Below, in pieces: positions 46,101-59,587 of a stretch of DNA of 64,000 nucleotides (position 1 is the stretch's first letter; each line of letters starts with the position of its first letter). Position numbers and translations under genes: made by a program. The stretch is from Antechinus flavipes (Eukaryota), in assembly GCF_016432865.1 (NCBI RefSeq), contig NC_067398.1:1364001-1428000 (forward strand), in the 5' to 3' direction. The notes under the pieces are model-generated. The model saw only the letters and a list, made by a program, of their open reading frames with translations. It searched no databases and was not told the DNA's origin.

Positions 46101-48844
46101 GCGGCCCGGGCTGAACAGAGGCGCGGGCTAGGAGCTTCCTGGCCAGAGCTCAGCAGAAGCGGCTCGGGTGCCATTCCAGTCTGGCAGAGCCCCTGCCACA
46201 TTTTGCAGCCCTGATCGGGACAGGCTGGGCTCTGTCACATCTTGGTCCATAACCATAACTCAGAAATAGGGGGACCGGCCTCCGCCTCCGGTGGCTTCCC
46301 GAGCCATAATTACAGAGACAGCTGGAGTTCATGTCTGGGGCTGTTCCTGACGGGAGTGGGCACAGCTTGCCGCCCGCCCATTGGAGGATTATCCTGGCCG
46401 AGAGGAGCTGGGAAGGAAGGGATTGGGGAATTTGTGTAGCCCTGATATCCCCCTGGAGGATAAGAGACAGGCTTGTGCGAAGAGACAGGCAGCCCCACTC
46501 CAGATTAGCAGCAGAAGTGAGCCGGTGCTGGCCAGCAGGAGCCAGGGCTGGCAAAGGAGGGAGCGAGCTCCATTCCCTGCGGCCGCGGTCGTCAGGATCC
46601 CCATGCGGGCTAAGGACAAGCTGCCTCTGCTCTCCCACTGGCCCCGTCAGAGCGTCAGGGCTCACTCAGAAGACCCACGGACCCTTCCCTGTCCACGCTG
46701 CCCAACATTCAGAGAATGGCCACGCTTCCACCTCTGTTCCTAAGAATGCTTATGGACTTCCACATCATCGGGTTAAAATGTACCTCCGACCTTCCTCACT
46801 ACGCCTTCTGGGGAGGCCAGACCGTCAGCCAATCGGTCAAGAGGCATTTATGAAGCACCTGGTATGTGCTGGGCTAAGTGCTGAGGGCACAGAGAGGTAA
46901 ACGTCCTGCTCCTGAGGATCTCAGCCTTGTGCCGACATCTCTGCACCAGAAGCCAGGGACAGCGAAGAACAAGAACGAAGGGGAGGGAAGGCAGCCTCCA
47001 GAAAGTGGGGATTGAGCTGCGTCTTCAAGGGGACCAGGAAAGCCAGGAGGTGGAGCCCACTCTCTGCGGCCACTTCCCACCTTAGGTCTGGCTCTGATGT
47101 TGGGCTGGGCCGGCCAAGTTTATGTCTGTCTGTCAAACTGTCTTTTTCGTGTCCGAATGCCCCCCGGCCCTGCTCTGCCCAGATGACCCGCCAATCAAAC
47201 CTCACTCCAGCCCAGGATGGCCGACCCTGAGACCCCTAATGTTTGCCCAGCCTGCGAAGGCCCCTGCTGCTGGCCGAGTCCCCCCCCCTTGTCTGAGGCC
47301 ACCTGGAAGGGACCACTGGGGGTAATGGATGGATTTGACGGCCACAGCGTCTCTTCCAACTTTCTGTGACTAACAGAAGAGAGAAGGGCAGCGTGATGCA
47401 GGGGCGAGCAGTCCTGAGCGCGGGGGCAGCCAGTGAGGATGGCTCTTCACCCCTTCCCAGGTTCTCCAGTGGCTTGAAAGGGGTTGGAGGATCTGGGCAA
47501 GTGCCTCCAGCCCCCACCAGTGCCGTTCCTGGTCGCAGGGGCGGCTTCCTTGCGAATCGGTTCTGGTTGGCCACTAAGAGGTAAACCAGCTCTCACAAAG
47601 GAAGGTTTATTTCAAAAGATCTGATCCCAAATACACAAAGTTACGAAACACTTCACTCTAGGGAGCCGAAGACGATCAGGCTCACGATTTAGCTCAGTTT
47701 CTACAGAGCGCACTGTGGGTTCTAGTTCCCGATCTCCTGCCCCCGTGGGGTCAAGTTCCAGGTGACTTCTCTGGGTCTCCCCCTTGCAGTCCTGGCTCCA
47801 AGGGCACCGTGGCTCGAGTCCCAGGCCCGGGGGGAATCACTGTCCCCGGGACCTGGAACTGAACACAATAAAGAACATAGAACAGACACTAACCCGCCCC
47901 ACCCCCCAAGCCCTTTTCCTGGGCCAGCTCCCTTTTGGCTCAGTTCCTGGCTGTGAGATCTTCCCCCTCTGGACATCGCAGGAAGGAACGGGCTCTAGAG
48001 AGACAGTCTGGCCAGTTCTGAAGAAGGAGCCTTTGTAGCTCTGTGGCCAGTCATTGAGAAGGGGCACACATGAGGCACCTCCATGGTAGGTGGTCTGTGG
48101 CACAAAACCCTGAGCGTCTGGGTCTGAACCCTGACTGCCTCTTTCTAACTAGGAGACTGGGTGACAAGTCCCCGCTGGGCTCTGTGGTCCCTGAGGCTCC
48201 TTCCAGAGGTAAGATGCCCTTCTGGGTCCTTGGCACTGTGCCATAGGAACGATGAGGGGAACTCCCGGCCCTGGGAGAGCACACCCTTGGAAATGGGTCT
48301 CGGGGGGTACCAGGGACCCCCTGGACCCGCTTTCTCTCCACTTTCTATGAGGAACAGCCCAGGCTGTGCTTTCCTGGGTCTGCGGGTAAAGCCAGAGTGT
48401 TTTGTGCATAGCACAGATGTTGAATGATGATGCTCACTGCTGCCCTTTTAAGCTGTTATTTGCAGCAGAAAATGGCAAAAGCATCATTTTCTTTGTCCAG
48501 ATCCTGAAGTTGTTTAAATGTTGGTCCTTTGGCATTTATACACCTCATCCTCCCAGAGGTGGGCAGGTGGGGGTGGCGGAGGGGATGCTGGTGGGTTGGA
48601 CTGGAGTGCTGGGGGTGGGGTTTACTTCAGATAGACGAGCCTTTGGCCAATAAGGAGTAAAGTCTCTTCGTTCAGTCTCTTGGCTCAGGCTAACACTCCT
48701 ACGTCGATATGGTGGCTAATAAGGAGGCTACAAATGTCTCCTGAACTTCCCCATTCACATTTTCACTATTGTCACATACTCAGCATGTCTAAAACCCAGA
48801 TGACCTGCTGGTCAGCCAATTAATCAATCAACAAGCATTTTAAA

Positions 48845-50945
48845 AATAGTATTTTATTTTTTCCAAACACATGTAAATATAGTTTTCTTTTTAATTGAAG
48901 TTTTTTATTTTCAAGACATATGCAAGGATAATGTTTCAACATTGACCCTTGAAAAGCCCCATGTTCCATTTTTTACCCTGCTTTCTCCCATGCTCTCCCC
49001 TAGATGGCACGTAATCCAATATATGTTAAACATGGTTAAAATATAGGTTAAATCCAAAATTGGCATACCTATTTATACAATTCTCTTGCTGCACAAGAAA
49101 AATCCGATTAAAAGGGTTAAAAAAATGAGAAAGAAAATAAAATGCAAGTCAACAACAACAAAAAGAGTGAAAATGCTATGTTGTGACCCACACTCAGTTC
49201 CGACAGTCCTCTCTCTGGGTGCAGATGGCTTTTTTCATCACAAGACCAATGGAATTGGCCTGAATCATCCCGTTGTTGAAGAGAGCCACGTCCATCAGAA
49301 TCGGTCATCGTATAATCTTGTTGTTACCGTGTACAATGATCTCCTGGCTCTGCTCATTTCACTCAGCATCAGTTCCTGTAAGTTTCTCCAGGCCTTTCTG
49401 AAATCATCCTGCTGATCAGTAAATATAATTTTCAACATTCATTTTTGTAAAACTTTGCATTAAAAAATTTTCTCCCTCCCTTTCTTACCTACCTCTCCCC
49501 AAGACAGCAAGTCATCTGATATAGGTTATATGTGCAATAATTTTAAACATATTTCCATATTTGTCAGGTTTGCAAAAAAAAAAAAAGAATCAGCTCAAAA
49601 GGGGAAAAACAATGAGAAAGAAAACATCATACTTTGATTTACATTCAGTCTCCATAGCTCTCTGTCTGGATGCAATTGGCATTTTTCAGCCCAAGTTTAT
49701 TGGAATTGCCTTGAATCCCTGCATTATTAAGAATATCCAGGTATATCATAGTTGATCATCACATAATCTTGTTACCATGTACAATGTTTTATTCTACTCA
49801 CTTCATTCAGCATCAGTTCAGGTAGATCTTTCCAGGATTTTCTAAAATCAGCCTGCTCATCATTCTTATGGAACAATAATATTCCAGAACTTATTCAGCC
49901 ATTTCCCAACTGATGGGCATCCACTCAATTTTCAGTTCCTTGCCACCACCAAAAGAACTGCTACAAACATATCTGTACATACGGGTTCTTTCCCTCTTTT
50001 TATTATCTCTTTGGGATACAGACCCAGCAATGAGACTGCTGGATCAAAGGGTATGTTTGATAGCCCTTTGGGCACAATTCCAAATTGCTCTACACAATTA
50101 TTGAATCAGTTTACAACATCACCAACAATGCATTAGTGTGTCATTTCCCCCACATCCCCTCCAACATTTATCATGCTATTTTCCTGTTATCTTTTTTATT
50201 TTATTTTATTTTATTATTTTTTTATTATAGCTTTTTATTTACAAGTTATGTGCATGGGTAATTTTACAGCATTGACAATTGCCAAACCTTCTGTTCCAAC
50301 TTTTCCCCTCCTTTCCCCCACCCTCTCCCCATGATGGTAGGTTGACCAATACATGTTAAATAGGTTAAAGTATAAATTAAATACAAAATAAGTATACATG
50401 ACCAAACCGTTATTTTGCTGTACAAAAAGAATCGGACTCTGCTTTTCCTGTCATCTTAACCAAGCTAAGAGGTGTGAGGTGATACCTCAGAGTTGTCTTA
50501 AGCATTTCTCTAATCAGTAGTGATTTAGGGCATTTTTTCCCCATGACTTGAGATGGCTTTAATTTCTTTGTTTGAAAATTGTCTGTTCATATCCTTTGAC
50601 CATTTATCAATTGGGCAATGACTTGTATTCTTATAAATTTGACTCAATTCTCAATATAGTTTAGAAATGAGCCCTTTATCAGAAACACTAGTTGTACAAC
50701 TTATTTCCCAGTTTTCTGTTTCCCTTTTAATCTTGGGTATTGGATTTGTTTGTGCAAAATCTTTTTAACTTAATGTAGTCAAAATTATTCAGTTTGCATT
50801 TCCTAACATTCGCTAGTTCTTCTTTGGCCACAAATTCATTCCTTATCCACAGATCTGACAGGCGAACTATCCCCTGCTCTCCTAAGTACTTAAGAGTACC
50901 CTCCTTTATGTCTAAATCATGAACTTATTTTGACTTTATCTTGGA
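48845..50945 (-). mobile_element. Older L1 3' region hosting two nested younger L1 3' ends (48888-49418 and 50193-50442)
   Basis: Continuous L1 3' sequence is interrupted twice. TSDs are GTAAATATA(G/A)TTTTC (48873-48887 / 49419-49433) and TTTTCCTGT(T/C)ATCT (50179-50192 / 50443-50456). Confidence 0.82.
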
Positions 50946-51296
50946 TAGTATGTTAGATCAACAAGCATTTATTAAGCCTTTGGCATCTAAGACACTATTT
51001 TTGGATGAGAGATGGAAAGACAAAAGAGAAACAAAACCTGTCCTTAAGGAATTTACATTATATCAGAATGTCCTTCAGACCATCTCTGCTGCTGCTTTAC
51101 TTCTATTATTTTCCTGTTTCTACTTAAATNNNNNNNNNNNNNNNNNNNNNNNNNNNNNNNNNNNNNNNNNNNNNNNNNNNNNNNNNNNNNNNNNNNNNNN
51201 NNNNNNNNNNNNNNNNNNNNNNNNNNNNNNNNNNNNNNNNNNNNNNNNNNNNNNNNNNNNNNNNNNNNNNNNNNNNNNNNNNNNNNNNNNNNNNNN

Positions 51297-51535
51297 CCCT
51301 TTCTTCTTCTCTCTCTTCCTCCCTTCCTCTCTCCCTTCCTCTTTCATTCTCTTATCTTCTTTCCTTTCTCCTGTCCTCCTTTCTTTCCTCCCTCCTCTCT
51401 TTCTTCCCCTTTCTGTCTTTCTTCTTCCCTATCTCTCTTCCTCCCTTTCTCCTCCTTCCCTCTTCATTCTGTCCCTTCTTTCTTCTCTTTCTCTTCCTCC
51501 TTCATTCCCTCTCTCCTCTCTCTCCTTCACTTCAT
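51297..51535. repeat. CT-rich low-complexity tract next to the N-run at 51130-51296
   Basis: Almost pyrimidine-only. Confidence 0.75.
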
Positions 51536-51679
51536 CTAGTTCTCCATATCTAGCCAGCAACATTTTCCCTTGGCTATGATTGACATTGATCCTCTCTTCT
51601 GTTATTTCACGCAATGATACCTGCTGCCCCTCCAAGTCTGCTAGAGACAGACAGTTGTGCATTACAAGGTGGATAAAGA

Positions 51680-51845
51680 ACATGGATTTATAGTTGGAAG
51701 GAACCTTGGAGAAGGTCGTCACCTCCCCTAACTTTAACAGAAGAGGAAACTGAAGTCAGAGAGGTTGGGTTACCCGAGGTGTTGGAGGCAGGATTTGTGT
51801 CCAGGTTCTCTAACCCCAAATCCAGAGTTCTTTTATTTGCACCTT
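51680..51845 (-). mobile_element. MIR3-like SINE fragment
   Basis: TTTAACAGAAGAGGAAACTGAAGTCAGAGAGG...AGGCAGGATTTG..TCCAGG. Confidence 0.6.
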
Positions 51846-51899
51846 GCTGGGGGAGGCTGACTCAGGACTTGGAAGCTTCAAAGACATCCCATTGAGTGT

Positions 51900-52900
51900 G
51901 TTATTTTTCTAAATTAAGTAATTATTTATTTTTACATGCATTTATTATCTCTCCCTCCTACTATCCTCCAATTAATTTTTTTAAAAAGAAAAAGAAAATG
52001 CTCACAACAAATACTCTTAGTTAAACAAAACAAATTCCCACATGGACCATTTCCAAGAATATATTTTTCATTTTAAGTTCATCACCTATCAGTGGGAAAT
52101 TGATATTATGCTTAATTTTCATTCCTTCAGACTCATGGCTTAACAATACATTGAGCAACTTTCTAAAGTCTTTCATGGTTATTTTTCTTTTTAATGCTGT
52201 TGTCATTTTTACATTGTTTTCTTAATTCTATTTTCCTCATTCTAAAACAGTCCAGATGGATGCCCTTGAGTTTCCAGTTTTTGCCTACTATGAAAAACGT
52301 TGCTATATTTTTGCATATATGCGTTACCTCTTCTTTTTTCTTTGATCCCTTTGGATCCCTTTGGATGCCTAATAGTGGTATGATCAAAATATGGTATAAT
52401 CAAAGGGTATGCACAGTTTAGAAACTTTTTGAGCTGGACTCTGAATTGCCTTTCAGAACAGCTCAACTATTTCACACTTCACCAATAGGACATTGGTTTA
52501 CTTGTTTTCACTCCATTTTGCCCTTCAGCATTTCCTTTCAGTCATTTTCTCCTTGTGTCATCTTTGCTAATCTGATGGATGTGAGGGAAAATCTCAGAGT
52601 GGCTTTAATGTGCATTTTTCTAATTGTTGGTGATTTGAAGCATTTTCCCCCCTATAGTTGTTAATAGTGTGGATTTCTTCTTTTGAAAATTGCTTATTCA
52701 CATGGGTCTTAGTCTTACACATTTTAACTAGTTCTTTATGAGAGAAATTTACAGCAAAGACATTTTCCCAGGTATTTGCTTCTCTACTAATTTTAACTAT
52801 GCTAGTTTTGTTTGTGCAATGACTTAATGTTTTATACAATCAAACATGTCCATTTTATCTTCTATGATCCTTTTTATCTCCTAATTTCTTTTCTGCTCAT
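51900..52900 (-). mobile_element. Old L1 3' fragment
   Basis: L1-like motifs, e.g. GATCAAAGGG-like/TCAAAGGGTATGCACAGTTT and CTCAGAGTGGCTTTAATGTGCATTTTTCTAAT. Confidence 0.65.
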
Positions 52901-53026
52901 TTGCTTATAATGTCAACTTTAAATATGTGTATATCTATTTGCAATTTATCTTGGTATTCAGTGTTAAATGTTATTCCTTACTCTAGTAAATGGGGTCTTT
53001 ATGTTTATCATATCCTATGCTATTCT

Positions 53027-53971
53027 TTTTTTAATATTTTATTTTATTTTATAATAACTTTATATTGACAGAATCCATGCCAGGGTAATTTTTTTACAAC
53101 ATTATCCCTTGCACTCGCTTCTGTTCCGATTTTTCCCCTCCCTCCCTCCACTGTCTCCTCTAGATGGCAAGCAGTCCTATATATGTTAGATATGTTGCAG
53201 TATATCCTAGATACAATATATGTTTGCAGAACCGAACAGTTCTCTTGTTGCACAGGGAGAATTGGATTCAGAAGGTAAAAACAACTCGGAAAGAAAAACA
53301 AAAATGCAAATAGTTCACATTCATTTCCTAGTGTTCTTTCTTTGGGTGTAGCTGCTTCTGTCCATCATTTATCAATTGAAACTGAGTCTTTGTCAAAGAA
53401 ATCCACTTCCATCAGAATACATCCTCATACAATATCGTTGTCAAAGTGTAAAGTGATCTCCTGGTTCTGCTCATTTCACTTAGCATCAGTTCATGTAAGT
53501 CTCTCCAAGCCTCTCTGTATTCATCCTGCTGGTCATTTTTTACAGAACAAAAATATTCCATAACATTCATATACCACAATTTATCCAGCCATTCTCCAAC
53601 TGATGGGCATCCATTCAATTTCCAGTTTCTAGCCACTACAAACAGGGCTGCCACAAACATTTTGGCACATACAGGTCCCTTTCCCTTCTTTAGTATTTCT
53701 TTGGGATATAATCCCAATAGAAACACTGCTGGATCAAAGGGTATGCACAATTTGATAACTTTTTGGGCATAATTCCAGACTGCTCTCCAGAATGGTTGGA
53801 TTCGTTCACAGTTCCACCAACAATGCATCAGTGTCCCAGTTTTCCCGCATCCCCTCCAACATTCATCATTATTTTTTCCTGTCATATTAGCCAATCTGAC
53901 AGGTGTGTAGTGGTATCTCAGAGTTGTCTTAATTTGCATTTCTCTGATCAATAATGATTTGGAACACTCTT
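53027..53971 (-). mobile_element. 5'-truncated, relatively young L1 (ORF2 C-terminus plus 3'UTR) with 12-bp TSD
   Basis: ORF 53412-53951 reads MQIKTTLRYHYTPVRLA...CWRGCGKTGTLMHCWWNC...EWLDKLWY, the L1 ORF2p C-terminus. TSD CTATGCTATTCT at 53015-53026 and 53972-53983. T-rich tail on the left. Confidence 0.93.
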
Positions 53972-54589
53972 CTATGCTATTCTAATAATATATTAGAATT
54001 CATTTGCTTCTGTATATTTTGAACCTAAATCGTTCCTTTGATTGATTTATTTTTAATTAGTTACAAATCATCTTAGAAATTGCTGCTTTGTCATGTAGTT
54101 TTAGATCTGGTATTGATAGGTCTCCTTTCTTTTTTCCATCCTTCAATTGAGATTCTTGTTCTCTTCTTCCATATAAATTTCATTATGATTTTTTCTAGCT
54201 TTATAAAGTAATCTTTTGGTAATTTCATTTAATAAATTATTAAATGTGTAGATTAATTTATGCGACATTATTTTATTATATTTTGTTATATAGGCTCGAC
54301 TCAACTTTTTAGATTTGTTTTTATTTTACAAAAAGTATTTTTTTAGTTGTATTCATATAATTCCTAGGTATGCTTTGGTAAATAGACTACCATATATTTT
54401 ATATCTATTTATGTAGTCATTTGTAAGGGAATTTCTTTTTCCCTTTCTTTTTTTGCTAGGTTTTATCAGTACTATATAGGAATGCCAATGATTTATGCAG
54501 ATTTGTTTAAAATCCTGCAATTTTAATGAATTTACTATTTCAATTAATAGTTTATTTTACTCTTTAGGGTTTTTTAGGTGAATCATCAC

Positions 54590-54828
54590 GTTGTTGTTGT
54601 TTAGTCGTGTTCAGTTAAATCTGACTTTTCATAACCCCATTTGAGGTTTTCTTGGCAAGATACGGAGTGTTCTGCCATTTCCTTCTCCAGCTTATTTCAT
54701 AGATGAGGAATCTGTTGCAAACAGGATTAAATGACTTGGCCAGGGTCACACAGGTAGTAATTGTCTGAAATTGCATTTGACCTTAGGAATTCCAGGTCTG
54801 GTACTCTATCCATTGCCACCTAGATGCT
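54590..54828 (-). mobile_element. MAR1-like SINE inserted in old L1-derived sequence
   Basis: GTTGTTGTTTAGTCGTGTTCAG...GTTTTCTTGGCAAGATAC...CCATTTCCTTCTCCAGC...AGGGTCACACAG...GCCACCTAG. Confidence 0.75.
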
Positions 54829-55489
54829 CTTAAAGTATTGTTATCATCTGCAATAAATAATACTTTCATTTCTTCTTATCTATGCTCATTCCCATTGATT
54901 TTACTTTCTTGTCTTATTTACATAGCTAATGTTTCTATCACTATATTAATAAATAGTGATGGTGACAATGAACATCCTTGCTTTATCCCTGATCTTAATG
55001 GAAGAGCCTCTAATTTTTTCTATTACATATGTTTCCTCTTGATTTTAGTTACATATTATTTATTTTAATAAAAGTCTATATTTCTATCATTTTTGTTTCT
55101 AAAGTTTTGTTTCTATTATTTTTAGCAGAAAAAAAGGATTTTGTCGAGCTTTTCCCAAAATTTATTGATATATTTTAAAGTATTTGTTATTAATATGGTT
55201 TATTATGCTTGTAATCTTTCTTATTTTGAACTTGAATTTCTGTATAAATTCAACCTGATCATAGCATATATTTTTCTAATATATTCTAATAGAAAATAAT
55301 AATTTTCTAATAAAATATCAACCTATTGGTTGATATTTTATTTAAGTGTTTTGTTAATATTTGTCAAGGGTATCAGCCTATATTTTTTTCTGTGTTTCAT
55401 CTCTCCCTGGTTTAGGTAGCACTACCATGTTTCTATCATAGAAAGAGATAACAAGGTCACATATTCTACTACCTTCTCAAACAGCTTAT

Positions 55490-55990
55490 ATATTTGGAAG
55501 AGGGGTATGGACGCTGTTCAGGGAGGACTAGCAGTTCTTGGTGTGGGTGCTTGTCAAGCCCTTTTCAGCATCGCTCATCCACTTTTGGTATCTACTTGTC
55601 ACCCAACTGTCACTTGTGGCTCCAAGAAACTGGCACACACTGCTACCACATCTCAGTAAAACCACATTGGCAGATGGCCCAAACCAGGCTGAGGGTAACA
55701 GATGGGACTCAGACCTACCAGTGAGTCGGGGGATGTCTACCCCAAGTATGTAAGGACGTCTTCCTTTGCAATGGGTGGAGAACGATTTGTTCCAATGCCA
55801 CAAGAGCAGCTGAAGCAGGTGTTGTCGAGCACTCAGAGCTTATCAGACATTGAAGACACCAAGGCCATCCACTGCATCCATAACCACTGCAGGTCTTCTG
55901 GACTTTTGTGCTGATACTGGACTTTGTTGATTCTTGATAAGAGAACGAGGCTGACAACTTTGTGCAAATCTGCTTCACTTAAATCACCCA
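55490..55990. mobile_element. RTE-related element fragment
   Basis: Ends in GAGGCTGACAACTTTGTGCAAATCTGCTTCACTTAAATC, the reverse complement of the motif seen near 57305-57350. Confidence 0.5.
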
Positions 55991-56299
55991 AGTCAAGCCA
56001 CTACCCAATAATGTCACTAGTTCTCTTTAGAAATATAAATTCTAAATTATGTCATTCCAACTATGTTGCTGTTTTTTATTGCTATTTAGGTATAAAAGTA
56101 TATTTAGGTAAAAAAAAGTATATATTTTGTTGATATTTAGGTAAAAAAAAGTGTCATAGGACTCCTTTACCTATTTTTAAAGAAGTAGTTTGTATAGCAT
56201 TGAAATTAATTATTCTTCAAATGTTTCATAGAATTCTTGTAAACCCATTTGTTTCTGGGGATTTTTTCTAAGAGAGATTATTTATGGCCTAACCAATGT

Positions 56300-57240
56300 C
56301 TATAACACTATTCTTTCCTGGTTGCACTACCTGCCTACTCTTCTGTCTCCTTTCCTGAGTCTTCATCCATTTCATGCTCACTAAAAATAAATGTCCCCCT
56401 AAGCTCTGTCTTCTCTCCTCCCTTTTGTGGATCTCTATGCAGGTAATTCCTAGATTTATTCATTCAACTCTAGTCTCTGTTTTTTTTTTTTTTTTTTTGG
56501 CTGGGGCAATTGGGGTTAAGTGACTTACCTAGGGTCACACAGCTATTTGTATTAGGTTTGATTTGAACTCTGATCCTCCTGACTTCAGGGCTGGTGCTCT
56601 GCCCCCTAGTCTCTTGTATTTTTAGCTGCCTCTCAGATATCTTGAGTTGGATGTCCAGTAAATATATTAAACTCAATATATCCTCAATACACTTGTTATC
56701 TTCTCCTCTAATCTTCCCTCCTCCAAACTTCTCTGTTACTGTAGAAGGTAACACCTTCCTCCTAGTCCCTCAGGTTTTCAATATAGGAGTCATCTTCACT
56801 ACCCCTCCCATCCCCATATCCAAGCTGTTGCCCAGTCTCGTCATTTTTACTTTCTCAAATTTCTAGTTTATCTTCCTTTCTCTACACTGACACAATATCC
56901 ACTATGGTGCACGCCCTCATCGTCTCACTCTTGGATTACTGCTGTAGCCTGCTGCTTGGTCTACTTGTCTCAAGGCTCTCTGCATTCCAGTTTATCCTTC
57001 ACTTAGTTTTTAAATCGATTAAACCCCAAATATTATGTTTTCTCCCTCCTCAATATTCTCCAGTGGCTTCTGATTACTTCCAGGATCCCTCTGGTTAGTT
57101 TGTGTCTGGAGACATCTTGTCACCTTCCTGTATGTGCAGGTGGTTTCCTGCTTTGGACTGTGAATTCCCTGATGGTAGGGATCCTGTTTCTGTCTTTCTT
57201 TGTGTTCCTGGCTCTCAGCACAGTTCCTGACACATATTGT
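56300..57240 (+). mobile_element. L2 LINE 3' fragment
   Basis: L2-like motifs TTGGATGTCC...AAACTCAA, CTCTTGGATTACTGC...AGCCTGCT and the 3' end CTTAGCACAGT-like CTCAGCACAGTTCCTGACACATA. Confidence 0.65.
56479..56605 (-). mobile_element. WSINE1-like short CORE-SINE with 9-bp TSD, inserted in an L2 fragment
   Basis: Poly-T then GGCTGGGGCAATTGGGGTTAAGTGACTT.CC.AGGGTCACACAGCTA. TSD CTAGTCTCT at 56470-56478 and 56606-56614. Confidence 0.8.
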
Positions 57241-57850
57241 TTTTGTTCTTTATTCTCCAAGAGGACCATGATGTCAGGGAGGGGAGACGATGACATGCAA
57301 GTGAATTGGATTGAAGTGAGGGAGGGCTGGGCAAGGTCCCCGGCTTCACTTTCCCTCCTGAGCCATCTGGGTCCAGTGGACAGATGACTGGAGATGGCCC
57401 TGAATGAAATGGGCTTTTTAAGCTAAGGTCTTCAACAGATCTCAGTTTGACTGAATCAGTGATTTAGGCTGCCTAGCAATTGAGGTAAAGAAGCTCTTCT
57501 TTCACTTAGTAGTGCAGAGAAATCTAAATAAATAAATGACAGGAAGGAGGAAAATCTTCAGGATTTTTCACCAAAGCAGAAATGAGGGCTATTTACAGTC
57601 AATCTGAGTCAATCAGGACCAAACAATGACCAAGTAAGACTTTACCTAAGAATAATTGGTGGCCAGTTAGAATCGGATTGCTTTTGGTTTAAGGCACGAT
57701 CCTTAAGAAATCTAGTCAGTAAACTCCAAGACATCGTGGGAGGGTTCAGAGGTGCAAAAGAAAAAAGACACTATTTTTAAGAGCATCTGTAGTTAAGGCT
57801 AAGGAGGAAAGGTTGTTGTTTTTCTTTCATTCTCAGGGAGGACCATGACA
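57240..57850. mobile_element. Marsupial RTE-related non-autonomous element (Mar3-like)
   Basis: AAGAGGACCATGA...GACATGCAAGTGAATTGGATTGAAGTGAGGGAGGGCTG...CCATCTGGGTCCAGTGG...GACTGGAGATGGCCCTG. Family name from memory. Confidence 0.55.
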
Positions 57851-59587
57851 GTAAATCCTTAATAAATGCTTGTTGACTAAGAAAATGTAGCAAAATTAGA
57901 ATTAAACAGTTGTCTTTTTTAGTTTTTCATTCAGCATTGCCTTAATCAACCAAAGCAAGCAGTCTGGGACTTCTTGGAGCCTCCTTTTGCTCCCACTTGA
58001 GCTAAGAAAGCAAAGAAACAAAAGCCAAGCCTCTGTGTCTTTAAGTTTGTATGGAATAAACTAAGTGAAGACCTCTCATGGGAATATGACCTTAAGACTT
58101 TGCAATAAGTTGAGCTATAGCTAAAAAGCTGCAGGTGTTCAATTGTTTTGGATGAACTTTTCCCCTCCTGTTTCCCATCACTGCTTAATTAGCATTTAAG
58201 CACTTCTTTTAAAGGCGATGATGGCTTTGGGAATTCAGGTAACAGAATTCTCTCATCCAAGAATATCTGCTTCTATATTAGTTCTTTAAGGAAAATTTAA
58301 GAGTTTTTATTTACTAATATTCTTTTGTTTCTGGGATAGATTTCCATGTTTAGAAGGTAAGCCAGAACTCCTCAGAGAATAGGAAAAAAGACGGGGGGGA
58401 GAGGAGGGGTTTCTGCAGGATCTATTTAATCTTGTGTTTTGCAGTTTGTGCTTTGCACTCTTCTACTGACACTTTGTCTGTTAGGAGTTGCCCTTTCTTT
58501 CAAGATCACAAATCCCTTTTTGCCTTTTCTTACCTCTGGAGTCTCTAATTGCTTTTGTGGTTGCTACTGTCCCACACAGTTTTTTACCAGTCATACCTCA
58601 TTCTAAGATGTAGCATCTGACAGAATTTTTACAGGATTATTCTTCACTCTTATAGACACCTTCTGGTGCCCAATTTTGCTTCTACCTTCTGTAAACATCC
58701 TCCAAAATCTAAATGAGTTGGGGAGTTTCTGGCCAACAGATGCCAATTGCCCCCAAATTTCCTCTCCTCTATCAGAGAAGTCAAGAGAATCATTATTGTT
58801 CTCCAAGGTTCCTATCATTTCCAGATCAATAACCAGTCTTTATCTGATAGAATCACATTCAAAAAAATTGTCCCTTGATTGATGCTCTGCTTTTTGAAAT
58901 ATGAATTCATCACTAAGAAAAGTCAAGAAATTATCTTCTGCTTGTGTNNNNNNNNNNNNNNNNNNNNNNNNNNNNNNNNNNNNNNNNNNNNNNNNNNNNN
59001 NNNNNNNNNNNNNNNNNNNNNNNNNNNNNNNNNNNNNNNNNNNNNNNNNNNNNNNNNNNNNNNNNNNNNNNNNNNNNNNNNNNNNNNNNNNNNNNNNNNN
59101 NNNNNNNNNNNNNNNNNNNNNNNNNNNNNNNNNNNNNNNNNNNNNNNNNNNNNNNNNNNNNNNNNNNNNNNNNNNNNNNNNNNNNNNNNNNNNNNNNNNN
59201 NNNNNNNNNNNNNNNNNNNNNNNNNNNNNNNNNNNNNNNNNNNNNNNNNNAACTGAAGTCCTCCTTTGCTAATAGATTTCACTTCTATGCCAGATTAGTG
59301 ATTTGTTTTCCAAACTCCTTATCTACTTCCTCTTTCTTTTTGGGTGGTCTATAGTCTACTCCAAAGACAAAAATATTTCTTTCCCCCCTCTACTATTGAC
59401 CATTCTCACTATTGACATGCTCCCAACACTGCTATGGTTTCTGGCTATCTTCATATGAAAATGGATCCTTAATATACAATTCTATCCCACCATCACCTTA
59501 ATTCTTTAAAAACATTTTAGAAAAAGTCTTGAGTTCCAAATTCCAATTCTTTCCTTCCTCTTGCTGAGAGATAAAGCACTCCAACAA

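Noticed and set aside
53412-53951. 179-aa ORF as a host gene
   Set aside because: It is the C-terminus of L1 ORF2p in a 5'-truncated insertion with a TSD.
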